Below, piece after piece: positions 29,901 to 38,405 of a stretch of 64,000 nucleotides of DNA. The stretch comes from Myxococcales bacterium (lineage in GTDB: Bacteria; Myxococcota_A; Bradymonadia; UBA7976; UBA1532), in contig JACKDN010000004.1 of assembly GCA_020633465.1 (NCBI GenBank), forward strand, positions 130,290-194,289, written 5' to 3'. The position numbers were made by a program, and so were the translations under genes. Numbering within the stretch: position 1 is the stretch's first letter; every line of letters begins with the position of its first letter. The notes under the pieces were generated by a model. The model had not been told where the DNA came from and ran no database searches. It worked only from the letters and a program-made list of their open reading frames with translations.

Positions 29901-30034
29901 TGGTGGACGTCGCCGACGCCGCGGCGCCCATCGTCGAGCACGCCGCGCGCACGATCGGCTATCTGAGCCGCATCGTGGTCAACGAGGGCAAGGTGTACGC
30001 GCCCATGGGCAGCTTCGGCGTGCACCGCTACTGA
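26972..30034 (+). CDS. beta-propeller-domain lipoprotein (LVIVD-like repeats)
   Basis: RBS GGGAGAGGGA. Lipobox LALAGC. EADIYRLEGDLLYVLNRYRGLVIIDVSDP, with recurring L..VDVSDP / VDVADA blades. Confidence 0.7.
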   Translation: MYAPRRWLFAFSTLLAVGALALAGCDGETSDGPAGQPSEPPPSEPPIVQPPPPSGAAPGLDPSIFPTAGARDFLTANENEELSDGTRRVNAANGRGALDEDADFAADGAGEADPGAPPAQPEQEAVPDLTREIVEADIYRLEGDLLYVLNRYRGLVIIDVSDPDRMRLRGRLPFQAVPIEMYVREGRAYIVSSDYFVYWQYDPEADPHGFHGSQVMVVDVDDADAPEKLGTFAVDGEVTDTRMVGDVLYTVSKRRPDYWRYNTADWEDRTWILSMDVANPADIREVARLEFKGSSTLIHVAHHAIFVAAWDPNFVLVDPEHEQETLVTYVDISDPTGALRQRGTVYVPGHIPDRFKMDWHDGYFRVFSQRWYGDDALSLFVVSTQHPDDLAIDATLELRDVRPSGLQATRFAGERAFAVRSEWVSNTRRRWLHAVDLSDPLRPRMAGDLELGLDFNHLEVHGDRLLGIGRHSARNQGSGTAVALYDVSDLDAPALLNWQRLGEGYSSSEANYDDKAFKSFPDLGLLLIPLNFWTNNTRFQGVQLVEWADDRLTERGRVENAGGVRRAFPVGDRLVAVGETTLAAIDATDRDRPRVTEKLQLVRTVHDLFDVQGKQVQLLSDPYTSGVRLEVRPFSRDDDTPAEATLELPFGYVPYVLRDGDRLHLIGHVPDRGQIVATADLSDPAAPRLRGDLRLDDALQFVHNQQGYYTHYWNPYAGLPLRNQILPVTFRRIVEAPDGRRDWHSELRFLDLRDPDAPRVADGAVPMNDYPFVNKVTHGDVLYSTHVEQAKSEAGDSLLYHVRAYVDRIDVSDPDHPVELPSLNVPGYLVDVSDDGQLLYTIDFQWDDYGRRRNSLNVLRVVGEDAAELMTVLPVADQIHRAALRPGSLSGDDAGRPIGWHNRTLWLTAHKYPWWGVQSDTVASRQPYTVMRRLDFGEAGDVVAEQTATLAGYHFDLLDVEGTRLYLGSRFPTGLLVVDVADAAAPIVEHAARTIGYLSRIVVNEGKVYAPMGSFGVHRY

Positions 30035-30098
30035 CGCGACGCAGAGCGCGACGTCGGCGCGGTTGCGCCGGCGTCGCGGCGCGGTGTTCAATCGCGCC

Positions 30099-30740
30099 AT
30101 GTCGCGCCCCCTCCTCTGCGCCCTCGTCGCGCTCGCCTCGCTGGCGCCGGTCCCGGCGCCCGCGGCGCCCAGCGACGAGGTGGTGGTGGTGCAGCGCCGG
30201 CCCTTCAGCCGCGCGGGACGCTGGACGCTGACGCCCTTCGTCGGCGTCGTCGCCAACGACCCCTTCCTGACCTACTTCCCGGCCGGCCTGCGCGTGGGGC
30301 GCTTCTTCAACGAGAGCTTCCAGGGCGAGGTGTCGCTGGCCTACCTCGACCAGCTGTCGGTCGACCGCGACCTGCGCGCGCGCGTCGACAGCGACGTGGC
30401 GCTGCCCGACCATCAGGTGGGCCGCGCGCAGGTCAGCGCCGCCTGGACGCTGCTCAGCGCGAAGGGCCGCTGGCTCGGCGGCGACATGCTCTACCTGCGC
30501 GGCCACCTGCTGGGCGGCTTCGGCGCGGTGCTCACCCGCGACACCGACGACGCGCTCGACCCCCGGCCCGAGGGACTGTTCGGCCTCGGCGTCGAGGCCC
30601 ACACCGGCGAGCGCGGATCGCTCCGGCTGGAGCTGCGGCAGGCGGTGTTCCAGCGCGCGGCGGGCGGCGCCCTGCTGCCGACCGAGATCTCCATCGGCTA
30701 TGCGTTCTACCTGGGCGCGCCGCTCGCGGGGGCGCGATGA
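30099..30740 (+). CDS. outer-membrane beta-barrel protein (first gene of a five-gene envelope operon)
   Basis: Signal MSRPLLCALVALASLAPVPAPA. Beta-strand alternation. C-terminal EISIGYAFYLG. The alternative TTG 30063 gives an R-rich leader. Confidence 0.55.
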   Translation: MSRPLLCALVALASLAPVPAPAAPSDEVVVVQRRPFSRAGRWTLTPFVGVVANDPFLTYFPAGLRVGRFFNESFQGEVSLAYLDQLSVDRDLRARVDSDVALPDHQVGRAQVSAAWTLLSAKGRWLGGDMLYLRGHLLGGFGAVLTRDTDDALDPRPEGLFGLGVEAHTGERGSLRLELRQAVFQRAAGGALLPTEISIGYAFYLGAPLAGAR

Positions 30741-31318
30741 GGGCGCTGGCGTTGGTCCTGCTGATGGCCGTCACGGCGCACGCGGCGCCCCCGCCCGCCG
30801 ACGTCGTCCAGGGCGGGCTGCTGGGCGGCGTCGGTCCCGCCGAGCCCCTCTATACGCACGTCGTGCTCGGCGGCTGGGTCGGCGTCGGCCTCGGCGACAC
30901 CTGGCGCCTCGAGCTGACCGGCACCTGGCAGGGCGGCCTCGAGTCCGAGACGGACATCAGCGACTTCCTGCGCACCGAGGCGCTGCTGGACGAGGACGAC
31001 GCCCTCGCGGATCGCACGCTGTGGACCGTCGACCTGTTGCTGCGCGCCGAGCCCCTGCGCGGCAAGGTCGCGGCCCTGCAGACGACCCTGGGGGGCTTCA
31101 CCGCGCACCTCGGCGGCGGCGCCGGGCTGCGGGCGCAACGCTCCCGCACCGACGAGGACCACCTCGCGCCCAGCGTGCTGGCCGCGGGCGGCGCCGACCT
31201 CCGATTGCTCGGCTGGCTGCTGCTGCGCCTCGACCTGCGCGCCTTCGCGATGCTGCGGCGCGACGACACCGTCGGCGGGGGCGCCGAGCTGTTGCTGGGC
31301 GCGGGGGCGCGCCTGTGA
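30737..31318 (+). CDS. outer-membrane beta-barrel protein
   Basis: The ATG overlaps the upstream stop (ATGA). Signal MRALALVLLMAVTAHA. Beta-strand pattern. Confidence 0.55.
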   Translation: MRALALVLLMAVTAHAAPPPADVVQGGLLGGVGPAEPLYTHVVLGGWVGVGLGDTWRLELTGTWQGGLESETDISDFLRTEALLDEDDALADRTLWTVDLLLRAEPLRGKVAALQTTLGGFTAHLGGGAGLRAQRSRTDEDHLAPSVLAAGGADLRLLGWLLLRLDLRAFAMLRRDDTVGGGAELLLGAGARL

Positions 31319-32718
31319 CGGCGCTGCTCGCCCTGGTCGTGGCGCTCGCCGGCGTCGACACCGATGCTCTCGTGGCCTGGGTCCGCGCGCCCGACGCGGA
31401 CCCCATCCGGCTGGCCCGCGCGCTGGCCCGCGCCGACCTGCCGATCCTCTCGACGGCGACGCTCACCGAGACGCTGGTGCTGAAGCGCGCCGATCCGGTG
31501 GCGGTTGCGGCGGCCCTCGATCTGTATCCCCTCTCGCTGCGCGGCGAGCCGCCGATCGACCGCGTGCTCGCCAGCCTGGCGGGCGAGCCGGCGACGGGCC
31601 TGTCGCCGCGACACGTCGCCCTGCGCGCCTTCCTGGTCGGCCAGGCGCTGCTGGTCGACGGGCAGGCCGTGGCCGCGTCGAAGCACCTGGCGAACGTCGC
31701 GCCCGGCAGCCCGGCCTACGCGCCCGCCCGCTATCTGATGGGCGTCGCCCGGGTGACGCCCCCGCTGAACGATCTGAAGGGCGCGGCGACGCACTTCCGC
31801 GAGGCCATCGTCGAGGCCGAGTCCAGCCCCCAGGCGCCCCGGCGCGTGGTGCGCGAGGCCCGGCGGATGGCGCTCTTGGGTCTGGCCCGACTGTCCTTCG
31901 AGGTGGGCAACAACGAGGTCGCGCTCTACTACGACCAGCAGCTGCCGCGGGGCGCGCCCGAGCGCGTCGAGGCCAACTTCGAGGCCGCCTGGGCGCACCT
32001 GCTGCGCGGCGACATGCAGCGCACGCTGGGCGCGGTGCACGGCGCGCGCTCGCCCGACCAGCCCCATCCGCTGCAGTCCGAGCTGCACCTGCTCGCCGGC
32101 GCCGCGCTGGTGGGGTTGTGCCAGGTGGAGCACGCGCGGGCCGAGCTGGACGCGCTGAAGCGCGACCACACGGCGCACCTGCCCGCGCTGACCGCCGCGC
32201 TGGCGACGCTGGACGCCGGCGCGAAGCCGCGGGCGCTGCTCGGCGCCGCCGGCGGGCTGCCCGAGGCGGTCCGCTCGGCGCTGCAGGCGGATCCGCGCGT
32301 CGCGCGGGCGCTGGCGGCCGAGGCCGCGCTGACCGCCGAGCTGGCGCGGGTCGAGGCCATCGGCGCGGACGAGGGCGTCGACCTGGCCGCCTTGGGTCGC
32401 CGCGGCGTCGCGTTGCTGTCGCGGGACGGCGCGCGGGTGCACGCGGCCGTGGGCGCCGCCCCCAACGACCAGGTGGCCACCTGGACGCGGCTCGACGAGG
32501 CGGCCGACGCGCTGTTGGTCGATCTGCTCGAGGCCGAGGGCGAGACGCTCGAGGCGGCGATCCGGGGCCGCGACGAGAGCGGCGGCGCGCGCGCCGGCGG
32601 TGTGACCGCCCTGGGCGAGGACTGGCAGCGTTGGGCGGTGGATCAGGTGTGGTGGCCCGACGAGCTGGGCGCCTATCGCAGCACGCTGCCGAACCAATGC
32701 GCGAAGGGAGCCCCGTGA
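31315..32718 (+). CDS. TPR-like helical-repeat periplasmic protein
   Basis: GTG 31315 overlaps the upstream TGA (GTGA). A-, L- and R-rich helical repeats (e.g. YLMGVARVT..., ALYYDQQLP...). Signal-like N-terminus TALLALVVALAG. Confidence 0.55.
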   Translation: MTALLALVVALAGVDTDALVAWVRAPDADPIRLARALARADLPILSTATLTETLVLKRADPVAVAAALDLYPLSLRGEPPIDRVLASLAGEPATGLSPRHVALRAFLVGQALLVDGQAVAASKHLANVAPGSPAYAPARYLMGVARVTPPLNDLKGAATHFREAIVEAESSPQAPRRVVREARRMALLGLARLSFEVGNNEVALYYDQQLPRGAPERVEANFEAAWAHLLRGDMQRTLGAVHGARSPDQPHPLQSELHLLAGAALVGLCQVEHARAELDALKRDHTAHLPALTAALATLDAGAKPRALLGAAGGLPEAVRSALQADPRVARALAAEAALTAELARVEAIGADEGVDLAALGRRGVALLSRDGARVHAAVGAAPNDQVATWTRLDEAADALLVDLLEAEGETLEAAIRGRDESGGARAGGVTALGEDWQRWAVDQVWWPDELGAYRSTLPNQCAKGAP

Positions 32719-33011
32719 TGGCGAGTGGAGTGATGCGCCGAACGCTCGCCGGCCTGCTCTTGCTTTGCGGGAGCGTCGCCCACGCGCAGGACGCGCCCAC
32801 CGACGGGGCCGCCGAGGACGAAGCGGCGCGCACGCGCTTCTACGACTTCGAGGAGCTGGAGCTGCAGGGCCGGAAGGTGAAGCCGAAGGTGCTGTACACC
32901 GACGCGCGGCAGCGGGCGCAGTTCGAGAAGCTGCTGGAGCTGAAGCGTTCGTTCATCCCCGAGCTGCGGCGCTCGGCCGATGGCTCCGCGGCCGTCGAGG
33001 GGGCGCGGTGA
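32718..33011 (+). CDS. small secreted protein
   Basis: The start cluster GTGATG overlaps the upstream stop. Signal MRRTLAGLLLLCGSVAHA. Conserved-looking FYDFEELELQGRKVKPKVLY. Confidence 0.5.
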   Translation: MASGVMRRTLAGLLLLCGSVAHAQDAPTDGAAEDEAARTRFYDFEELELQGRKVKPKVLYTDARQRAQFEKLLELKRSFIPELRRSADGSAAVEGAR

Positions 33012-33568
33012 GCGGTGCCTTGCCCCTGCTGATCGTGGCGCTGCTGACGCCCTCGGTGGATCCGTGCGGCGCGCGCACCGACCTGCGAGCCAAGGCGCTG
33101 ACCGTGCAGGACGCCGCCGCGCTGTGGCAGATCGAGGCCGCGCTCGCCGATCTGCCGCCGTGCGTGGAGAGCAGCGCGCCGAGCGCGGTGGCGACGCCGG
33201 CCCGGGTGGAGGCTCCGGTGGACCTGCCGGCGCAGCCGAGCGGACCAGGCGCCGGACCGTGGGTGTTGCTCGGTGTCTCGGCGGCGCTGCTGGGTGGGCT
33301 GATCTACGTCGACGGGGCGGCCGACGGGCCCCGGGACGACCTCGCGGCGGCCAGCGCGGCGGGGGATCGAGCGGCGTTCGAGGCGGCCGAGGACGACTTC
33401 GCGGTGTATCAGTGGGTGGGCCGCGGGCTGGCGGCCGGGGCGGCGGTGGCCGGGGTGAGCGGGCTGTTGTGGCTCGCGTTCGGGGGTGAGGACGATCCGG
33501 TGCAGTCGCGGCCGGTGTTCGGGCCGCTGCCGGGCGGGGCGTCGGTGGGCTGGGGGGCGACGTTTTGA
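33008..33568 (+). CDS. membrane protein (N-terminal signal/anchor plus two C-terminal TM segments)
   Basis: GTG 33008 overlaps the upstream TGA (GTGA). GALPLLIVALL; WVLLGVSAALLGGLIYV; AAGAAVAGVSGLLWLAF. Confidence 0.5.
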   Translation: MSGALPLLIVALLTPSVDPCGARTDLRAKALTVQDAAALWQIEAALADLPPCVESSAPSAVATPARVEAPVDLPAQPSGPGAGPWVLLGVSAALLGGLIYVDGAADGPRDDLAAASAAGDRAAFEAAEDDFAVYQWVGRGLAAGAAVAGVSGLLWLAFGGEDDPVQSRPVFGPLPGGASVGWGATF

Positions 33569-33686
33569 TGCCTCCGGCTGCTGAGCGTGGTCGTGATCGG
33601 TTCTCTGAGCGCGATGGGCAGATCCTTCGCGGACGGCGCGATGACGGGCCGATCGGCAGGGCCGGCGCGGTGCCTTCGTTGGTTTC

Positions 33687-33714
33687 GACGACGACCACGA
33701 CGACGACGACGACG
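33687..33714. repeat. (ACG)n trinucleotide microsatellite, about 9 units with one interruption
   Basis: acgacgaccacgacgacgacgacgacgg read directly. It lies in the 150-nt gap before the lipoprotein start at 33718, or encodes T9 if the 33565 start is used. Confidence 0.9.
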
Positions 33715-33717
33715 GCC

Positions 33718-34416
33718 GTGCGGGGCATCGCTTCGCTGTTTCGACCGCTGCGTTGGCTCGCGATCCTGCCGTGGGTGGCGGGCTGCATCGTCACCGAGGA
33801 GATCCCCGAGGGCGTCTTCGACGAGTCGACCAGCTTCGCGCTGCGGTGCGACCTGCGCGGCTACGACGTGGGGCTCGGCTGCGTGCTGCTCTGCGGCGCG
33901 ACGGGCAGCCCCGCGCTGGGCGTCGGCGAGACGCTGCGCGCGTTCGGCGGCGCAGGCACGACCTACGGGGTCGAGACGTCCGAGGGCGCCGACTTCGACC
34001 CACGCTGCGGCACGAGCGCCTGGCGAACCTGCGTCACCAACGCCTTCGGCGGCTTGGTCTGCAGCCAACGCACCCGGGACTATTGCACCGTCTGCACCGA
34101 GGACGGCGTCGCGATCGGCGACACCGCCGGGCGCACCGGCGGCGCGCCGCGGGTGCCCGCGTCGGTGTTCGCGCGCTCGGCGCTGCCCAGCATGTTGGAC
34201 GGAACGCTCCCCGGCGAGCCGGGCAGCTGCCTGGCCGCGTGCGTCGCCGCTGCGACGCGGCCGACCTGCGGCGCGTGCGCCGACGACGAGGGCTGCCTCG
34301 AGACGGAGTTCGGCGACGTGTGCCACCCGCGCGGAACGCTCCGGAGCGACGCGCCCTGCCGCGGCGACCAGGACTGCGTGTCGCTCCGCTGCGCGCCGGG
34401 GGGCCGCTGTGAGTGA
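33718..34416 (+). CDS. Cys-rich lipoprotein
   Basis: The GTG at 33718 gives the classic lipoprotein signal (M)RGIASLFRPLRWLAILPWVAGC. 20+ Cys. The ORF-track start at 33565 would add a 50-aa non-signal leader. Confidence 0.55.
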   Translation: MRGIASLFRPLRWLAILPWVAGCIVTEEIPEGVFDESTSFALRCDLRGYDVGLGCVLLCGATGSPALGVGETLRAFGGAGTTYGVETSEGADFDPRCGTSAWRTCVTNAFGGLVCSQRTRDYCTVCTEDGVAIGDTAGRTGGAPRVPASVFARSALPSMLDGTLPGEPGSCLAACVAAATRPTCGACADDEGCLETEFGDVCHPRGTLRSDAPCRGDQDCVSLRCAPGGRCE

Positions 34417-35893
34417 GCGTTTGCTGCCTCTGCTTGTGCTCGCGCTGACGGCCTGCGGCAACGAGCTCGAGCTGAGCGCCGGCGCCGCGGACGCGGGCGC
34501 CCGCCAGGTGGTCGCGGTTGGCACGCGGCCCGTGTGCGGCAACGGCGTGGTCGAGGCCGGCGAAGAGTGCGACGACGGCAACGGGGTCGAGACCGACGGG
34601 TGCGACGGCCGCTGTCAGGCGCCCTGCGGCGCGGACGCGCTGGCGGTCTTGGGCTGCGAGGCTGGCCGCACGTTCATGGAGAGCGTCGAGGTCTACAGCA
34701 ACAGCCGTATGGAGTGGGTCACCGCCGAGGCCGGCCGCACCACGCAGATCTGCCGCACCGAGGACGGGCAGACGTTCGAGGTGGCGGTGTGCCGCAACGG
34801 CAACTGCCTCAATCTGCTGCCGCCGCTCGACGGCGGGCACCTGTGCTCGGCGCCCTGCGTCGAGACGCCGGACTGTCCCTTGGGCCAGGTGTGCGTCGAG
34901 ACCTGGGAGGATCGCCCCGCCGTCGACCGCCCGCTCGACATCCGGCGGGCGGCGGGACCCCAGCCCACCGGCGCGGGGCAATGTCTCACCGCCGTCGGCG
35001 GCGGCGTCGGCGATCGCTGCGGCACCTGCGGCGCGGGCCTCAACTGCAACGAGGTGTCCGGCCTCGACAACCAGTTCCTGTGCATGCCGAGCTGCGAGGT
35101 GGACGACGACTGCCCGGGCGGCAGCATCTGCAGCAACGCCTACTCGGTCTACACCGGCGATCCCAACGGACGCAGCTGCTTTCACTCGGTGACGCCGCCG
35201 GTCGGCAGCCTGGTGGACGATCCCGAGCTGTGCGCGCGCTCGCTGACGCTGCCCGCCGAGGTGGTGCTGGGCGTGTGTCGCGAAGCCTGCACGCAGGTGT
35301 ACGTCGAGTGCGGCCAGTGCTTCGAGGACGCCGACGGCGACTGTCAGACCCAGCTCTGGTGCCGCGACTCGTGCCTCGAGGGCGGCAACTGGGACTTCTT
35401 CGCCTGCCTGGCCGACCAGAACGCGTGCGGCGCGCTCGACGCCTGCGCCGACGCGGGGCCGAGCGGCCGACAGTACTGCACGCGCAACTGCCAACGCGAC
35501 GAGGACTGCCCGGCCACCTGGCGCTGCCTGGACTTCGGGGCCGACGTCGGCCGACGGTGCGCCGCGAACAGCCGCGCGTCGCTGACCGAGAGCACCGAGT
35601 TCGTGCTGGTGCCCGAGCGGGTGTTCCCCCACCCCGACTGCGCCGAGGACGTGGACGAGACCTGCACCTTCGAGAGCGCGTGCGATCCCGACTGCCTGCG
35701 CACGCTGGGCTGCGGCGACGTGCCCGCTGCGGGGCGATGCCGCGAGGACGGCAGCGTCGTCTTCTGCGCGCAACATCAGATGGTCAGCATCGACTGCGTC
35801 GCGCGCGGCCTGACGTGCGGCCTCGACCCGGCGCGGGCGCGGTTCGACTGCCTCGAGGCGGCGCCCACCCTGGACGCGGGGGTGACGCCGTGA
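34409..35893 (+). CDS. lipoprotein with myxococcus-type cysteine-rich repeat and further Cys-rich modules
   Basis: GTG 34409 overlaps the upstream gene by 8 nt. Lipobox LALTAC. CGNGVVEAGEECDDGNGVETDGCDGRC, then many C-x-DC-x-G-x-C modules. Confidence 0.7.
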   Translation: MSERLLPLLVLALTACGNELELSAGAADAGARQVVAVGTRPVCGNGVVEAGEECDDGNGVETDGCDGRCQAPCGADALAVLGCEAGRTFMESVEVYSNSRMEWVTAEAGRTTQICRTEDGQTFEVAVCRNGNCLNLLPPLDGGHLCSAPCVETPDCPLGQVCVETWEDRPAVDRPLDIRRAAGPQPTGAGQCLTAVGGGVGDRCGTCGAGLNCNEVSGLDNQFLCMPSCEVDDDCPGGSICSNAYSVYTGDPNGRSCFHSVTPPVGSLVDDPELCARSLTLPAEVVLGVCREACTQVYVECGQCFEDADGDCQTQLWCRDSCLEGGNWDFFACLADQNACGALDACADAGPSGRQYCTRNCQRDEDCPATWRCLDFGADVGRRCAANSRASLTESTEFVLVPERVFPHPDCAEDVDETCTFESACDPDCLRTLGCGDVPAAGRCREDGSVVFCAQHQMVSIDCVARGLTCGLDPARARFDCLEAAPTLDAGVTP

Positions 35894-37164
35894 AGCGTCG
35901 CTCTTCGAGCCGGGCTGGAGGGTCCGGGCCCGCGCTGCCGCGCGCCTCGCGAGCGCTGGTCGCGGCCGCGATGCTTTTGGGCTGCAACACGGCGGCGCAG
36001 TTCGACGTGGAGGCCGAAGAGGTCGCGTCGCTGACCGCCGTGGGCGCGCAGGGCGCCTGCGCCGGCGAGGGGCACCAGCTGGCCGTGGTGCTGCAGAACC
36101 AGCACGGCGGCGCGGTGCGGGTGGGCGGCCGGCGACTGCGCGCCCTGCCCAGCGGCGCCGCCGGCGCGTTCACGATCGAGGACGCCTTCGTCGACGGCGC
36201 CGCCGTGACCGTGACCATCACGGGCGTCGAGGCGGCGCAGGCGCCGCGCGGCGTGCCCTTCGCGGCGGTGCTGCAACGCGACGGTGTGGCCTGCGGCGCC
36301 CTGCCCACCGGGCCGTGGCCGGCGCGCTGCAACGCGGCGCCCTGCGGCGACGGCGCCGAGGACTGTGATCCCGCGCGCGGCTGCTGTGACGCGGGCGCCG
36401 TGTGCACGGCGCGCGTCGAGGGCGAGGCGCTGACGCAGGTGTGCGCGACGCCCGGCGCCGGCTGCGCCGAGGACTGCGGGGCCGACGGCGTCTGCGTCGA
36501 CGGCGCCTGCCGCACGCGGCTGTTCGGGCCCGTCGACCCCGAGGACGATCTGGTGCAGTCCTTCGCCGGCACGGCCGCCGGGCTGCTCGATCCGGCGGGG
36601 GGGCGCCTGGGCCCCGGCGTGCCGGCCCTCACCGCGTGGGCCGCGAGCGGCGCCGGCCTGCAGACGCTGACCGAGCTGCCCGCGACCACCTTCGACCCGC
36701 TCGGCGCCGCCCTCGAGACGGCGCTGCTGCCGCCCTACGGGGCCCCCGGGTTGCTCGAGGCGCTGGCCCGCGCGCCGGACGACGCGCCCACCGTGGTCTG
36801 GGGGCTGCGCGCCGGCCCGCCGGCCGATCTCACCGGTCGCGCCCCCCACTTCTTCGCGGTGCCCGAACACGCCGCGCTCACCGGCGCCGACGACCGCGCC
36901 TTCGCCGCCGCGGCCTGCGCCACCGGGGGCGGATACGGGCGTCTGCCCGCGGACGTGGTCGAGCCGCTGGCGAACGGCCCCATCGCGGCCGCGGCGCAGG
37001 CGCACCTGCGCCTGCGGGTGTCGATCGACCCGCCGCCCGCGCCGGGCGCTCGGCTGCGCGGGCTGCTGCGCCTGGACGTGCCGGCGCTGGTGGGTTCGAG
37101 CCCCGCGCCCCCGGTCACGACGCTCGAGCACCGCATCGACCTGATCGTCGGGGGGACGCCGTGA
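35890..37164 (+). CDS. hypothetical lipoprotein
   Basis: GTG 35890 overlaps the upstream TGA (GTGA). Lipobox AAAMLLGC. A Cys-rich centre followed by an Ala/Pro-rich C-terminal half. Confidence 0.55.
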   Translation: MKRRSSSRAGGSGPALPRASRALVAAAMLLGCNTAAQFDVEAEEVASLTAVGAQGACAGEGHQLAVVLQNQHGGAVRVGGRRLRALPSGAAGAFTIEDAFVDGAAVTVTITGVEAAQAPRGVPFAAVLQRDGVACGALPTGPWPARCNAAPCGDGAEDCDPARGCCDAGAVCTARVEGEALTQVCATPGAGCAEDCGADGVCVDGACRTRLFGPVDPEDDLVQSFAGTAAGLLDPAGGRLGPGVPALTAWAASGAGLQTLTELPATTFDPLGAALETALLPPYGAPGLLEALARAPDDAPTVVWGLRAGPPADLTGRAPHFFAVPEHAALTGADDRAFAAAACATGGGYGRLPADVVEPLANGPIAAAAQAHLRLRVSIDPPPAPGARLRGLLRLDVPALVGSSPAPPVTTLEHRIDLIVGGTP

Positions 37165-37583
37165 GCCGCTGTCTGCCCGCCCTGCTGACCGCCGGCCTGG
37201 CCTTGTCCGGCTGCTACAGCCAGCGCCCCATCGGCCTCGACGCCCTCGACCAGCTGACCGCAGCGCCGGGCCGGCCGCCCGAGGTCGAGGTGAAATCGAC
37301 CGAGGGCGAGCCGATCACCGTGGACGCGACCTCGCCCTTGGTGCTGACGACCGCCGACGGGCGCACCCACCGCGTGACGCCGTTCTACTTCCACATGTCC
37401 GACACGCAGCTCGTGTCGCCCGACTACGGCGTGCTGGTGAACCGCGCCGATCTCACCGGCGCCGAGGTGCGCCAGCTGAGCGTGGGCGGCACCGCCGCGC
37501 TGATCGGCGTCGTGGCCGCCGTCGCGATCGGCACCTTCGTCGCGCTGCAGGCGACGGCGGGCGAGGACGCGCTGGCCGAGTAG
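37161..37583 (+). CDS. small lipoprotein with C-terminal TM segment
   Basis: GTG 37161 overlaps the upstream TGA (GTGA). Lipobox LALSGC. C-terminal TAALIGVVAAVAIGTFVAL. Confidence 0.55.
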   Translation: MSRCLPALLTAGLALSGCYSQRPIGLDALDQLTAAPGRPPEVEVKSTEGEPITVDATSPLVLTTADGRTHRVTPFYFHMSDTQLVSPDYGVLVNRADLTGAEVRQLSVGGTAALIGVVAAVAIGTFVALQATAGEDALAE

Positions 37584-37664
37584 CGCGGCCGCGCCACAGC
37601 GGTTGGCCCGCGCGGCGGCCGCGGGTAGACTGCGCCGTCCAAAACCCGAGCGAGAGGAGCCCCC

Positions 37665-38402
37665 ATGACCCGCACCGCCCTGTTCACCGCCCTGCTGTTC
37701 CTGGCCCTGAGCGGCTGCAAGAAGGACGAAGCCTCGGCCGCCGGCGGCGAAGGCGACAAGGCGAAGGCCGCCGACGCGAAGAAGGGCGGCGACGCGCCCG
37801 CGGCGGCTCAGGACAACAGCGCGGCGCTGAAGGATCCCAGCAAGGCCACGCTCGAGGCGCCGGCCACCTACACGGTGAAGCTCGAGACGACCAAGGGCGA
37901 CCTGCTGATCGACGTGACCACGGCGTGGGCGCCGAAGGGGTCGCAGCGGTTCTACAACCTGGTCAAGGCCGGCTACTACGACGACGTCGCGTTCTTCCGC
38001 GCCATCCAGGGCTTCATGGCGCAGGTGGGCCTGCACGGCGACCCCGAGATCAACAAGATCTGGCGCGAGGCGCGCATCCAGGACGATCCGGTCAAGGAGT
38101 CGAACAAGCGCGGCTACGTCACCTTCGCCACCGCCGGCCCGAACACGCGCACGACGCAGTTCTTCCTGAACTTCGGCGACAACGTGCAGCTCGACGGCAT
38201 GGGCTTCGCGCCCTTCGGCAAGGTGCGCGAGGAGAGCATGAAGGTGCTCGACGCCATCAACACCGAGTACGGCGAGGGCGCCCCGCGCGGCCGCGGCCCC
38301 AGCCAGGGGCGCATCCACGGCGAGGGCAACGCCTACCTGAAGGCCGAGTTCCCGAACCTGGACTACATCAAGAAGGCGACGGTGGTCGAAGAGGGGAAGT
38401 AG
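37665..38402 (+). CDS. cyclophilin-type peptidyl-prolyl cis-trans isomerase, lipoprotein
   Basis: Lipobox LALSGC. FYNLVKAGYYDDVAFFRAIQGFMAQVG...GYVTFATAGPNTRTTQFFLNFGDN. Confidence 0.9.
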   Translation: MTRTALFTALLFLALSGCKKDEASAAGGEGDKAKAADAKKGGDAPAAAQDNSAALKDPSKATLEAPATYTVKLETTKGDLLIDVTTAWAPKGSQRFYNLVKAGYYDDVAFFRAIQGFMAQVGLHGDPEINKIWREARIQDDPVKESNKRGYVTFATAGPNTRTTQFFLNFGDNVQLDGMGFAPFGKVREESMKVLDAINTEYGEGAPRGRGPSQGRIHGEGNAYLKAEFPNLDYIKKATVVEEGK

Positions 38403-38405
38403 CCC

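Noticed and set aside
33565-33717. The upstream start (TTG/ATG 33565-33570) for the Cys-rich lipoprotein, giving a poly-Thr leader.
   Set aside because: It would put 50 non-hydrophobic residues in front of an otherwise canonical lipoprotein signal that begins exactly at GTG 33718. The option is kept as a possibility in the finding on the (ACG)n repeat.
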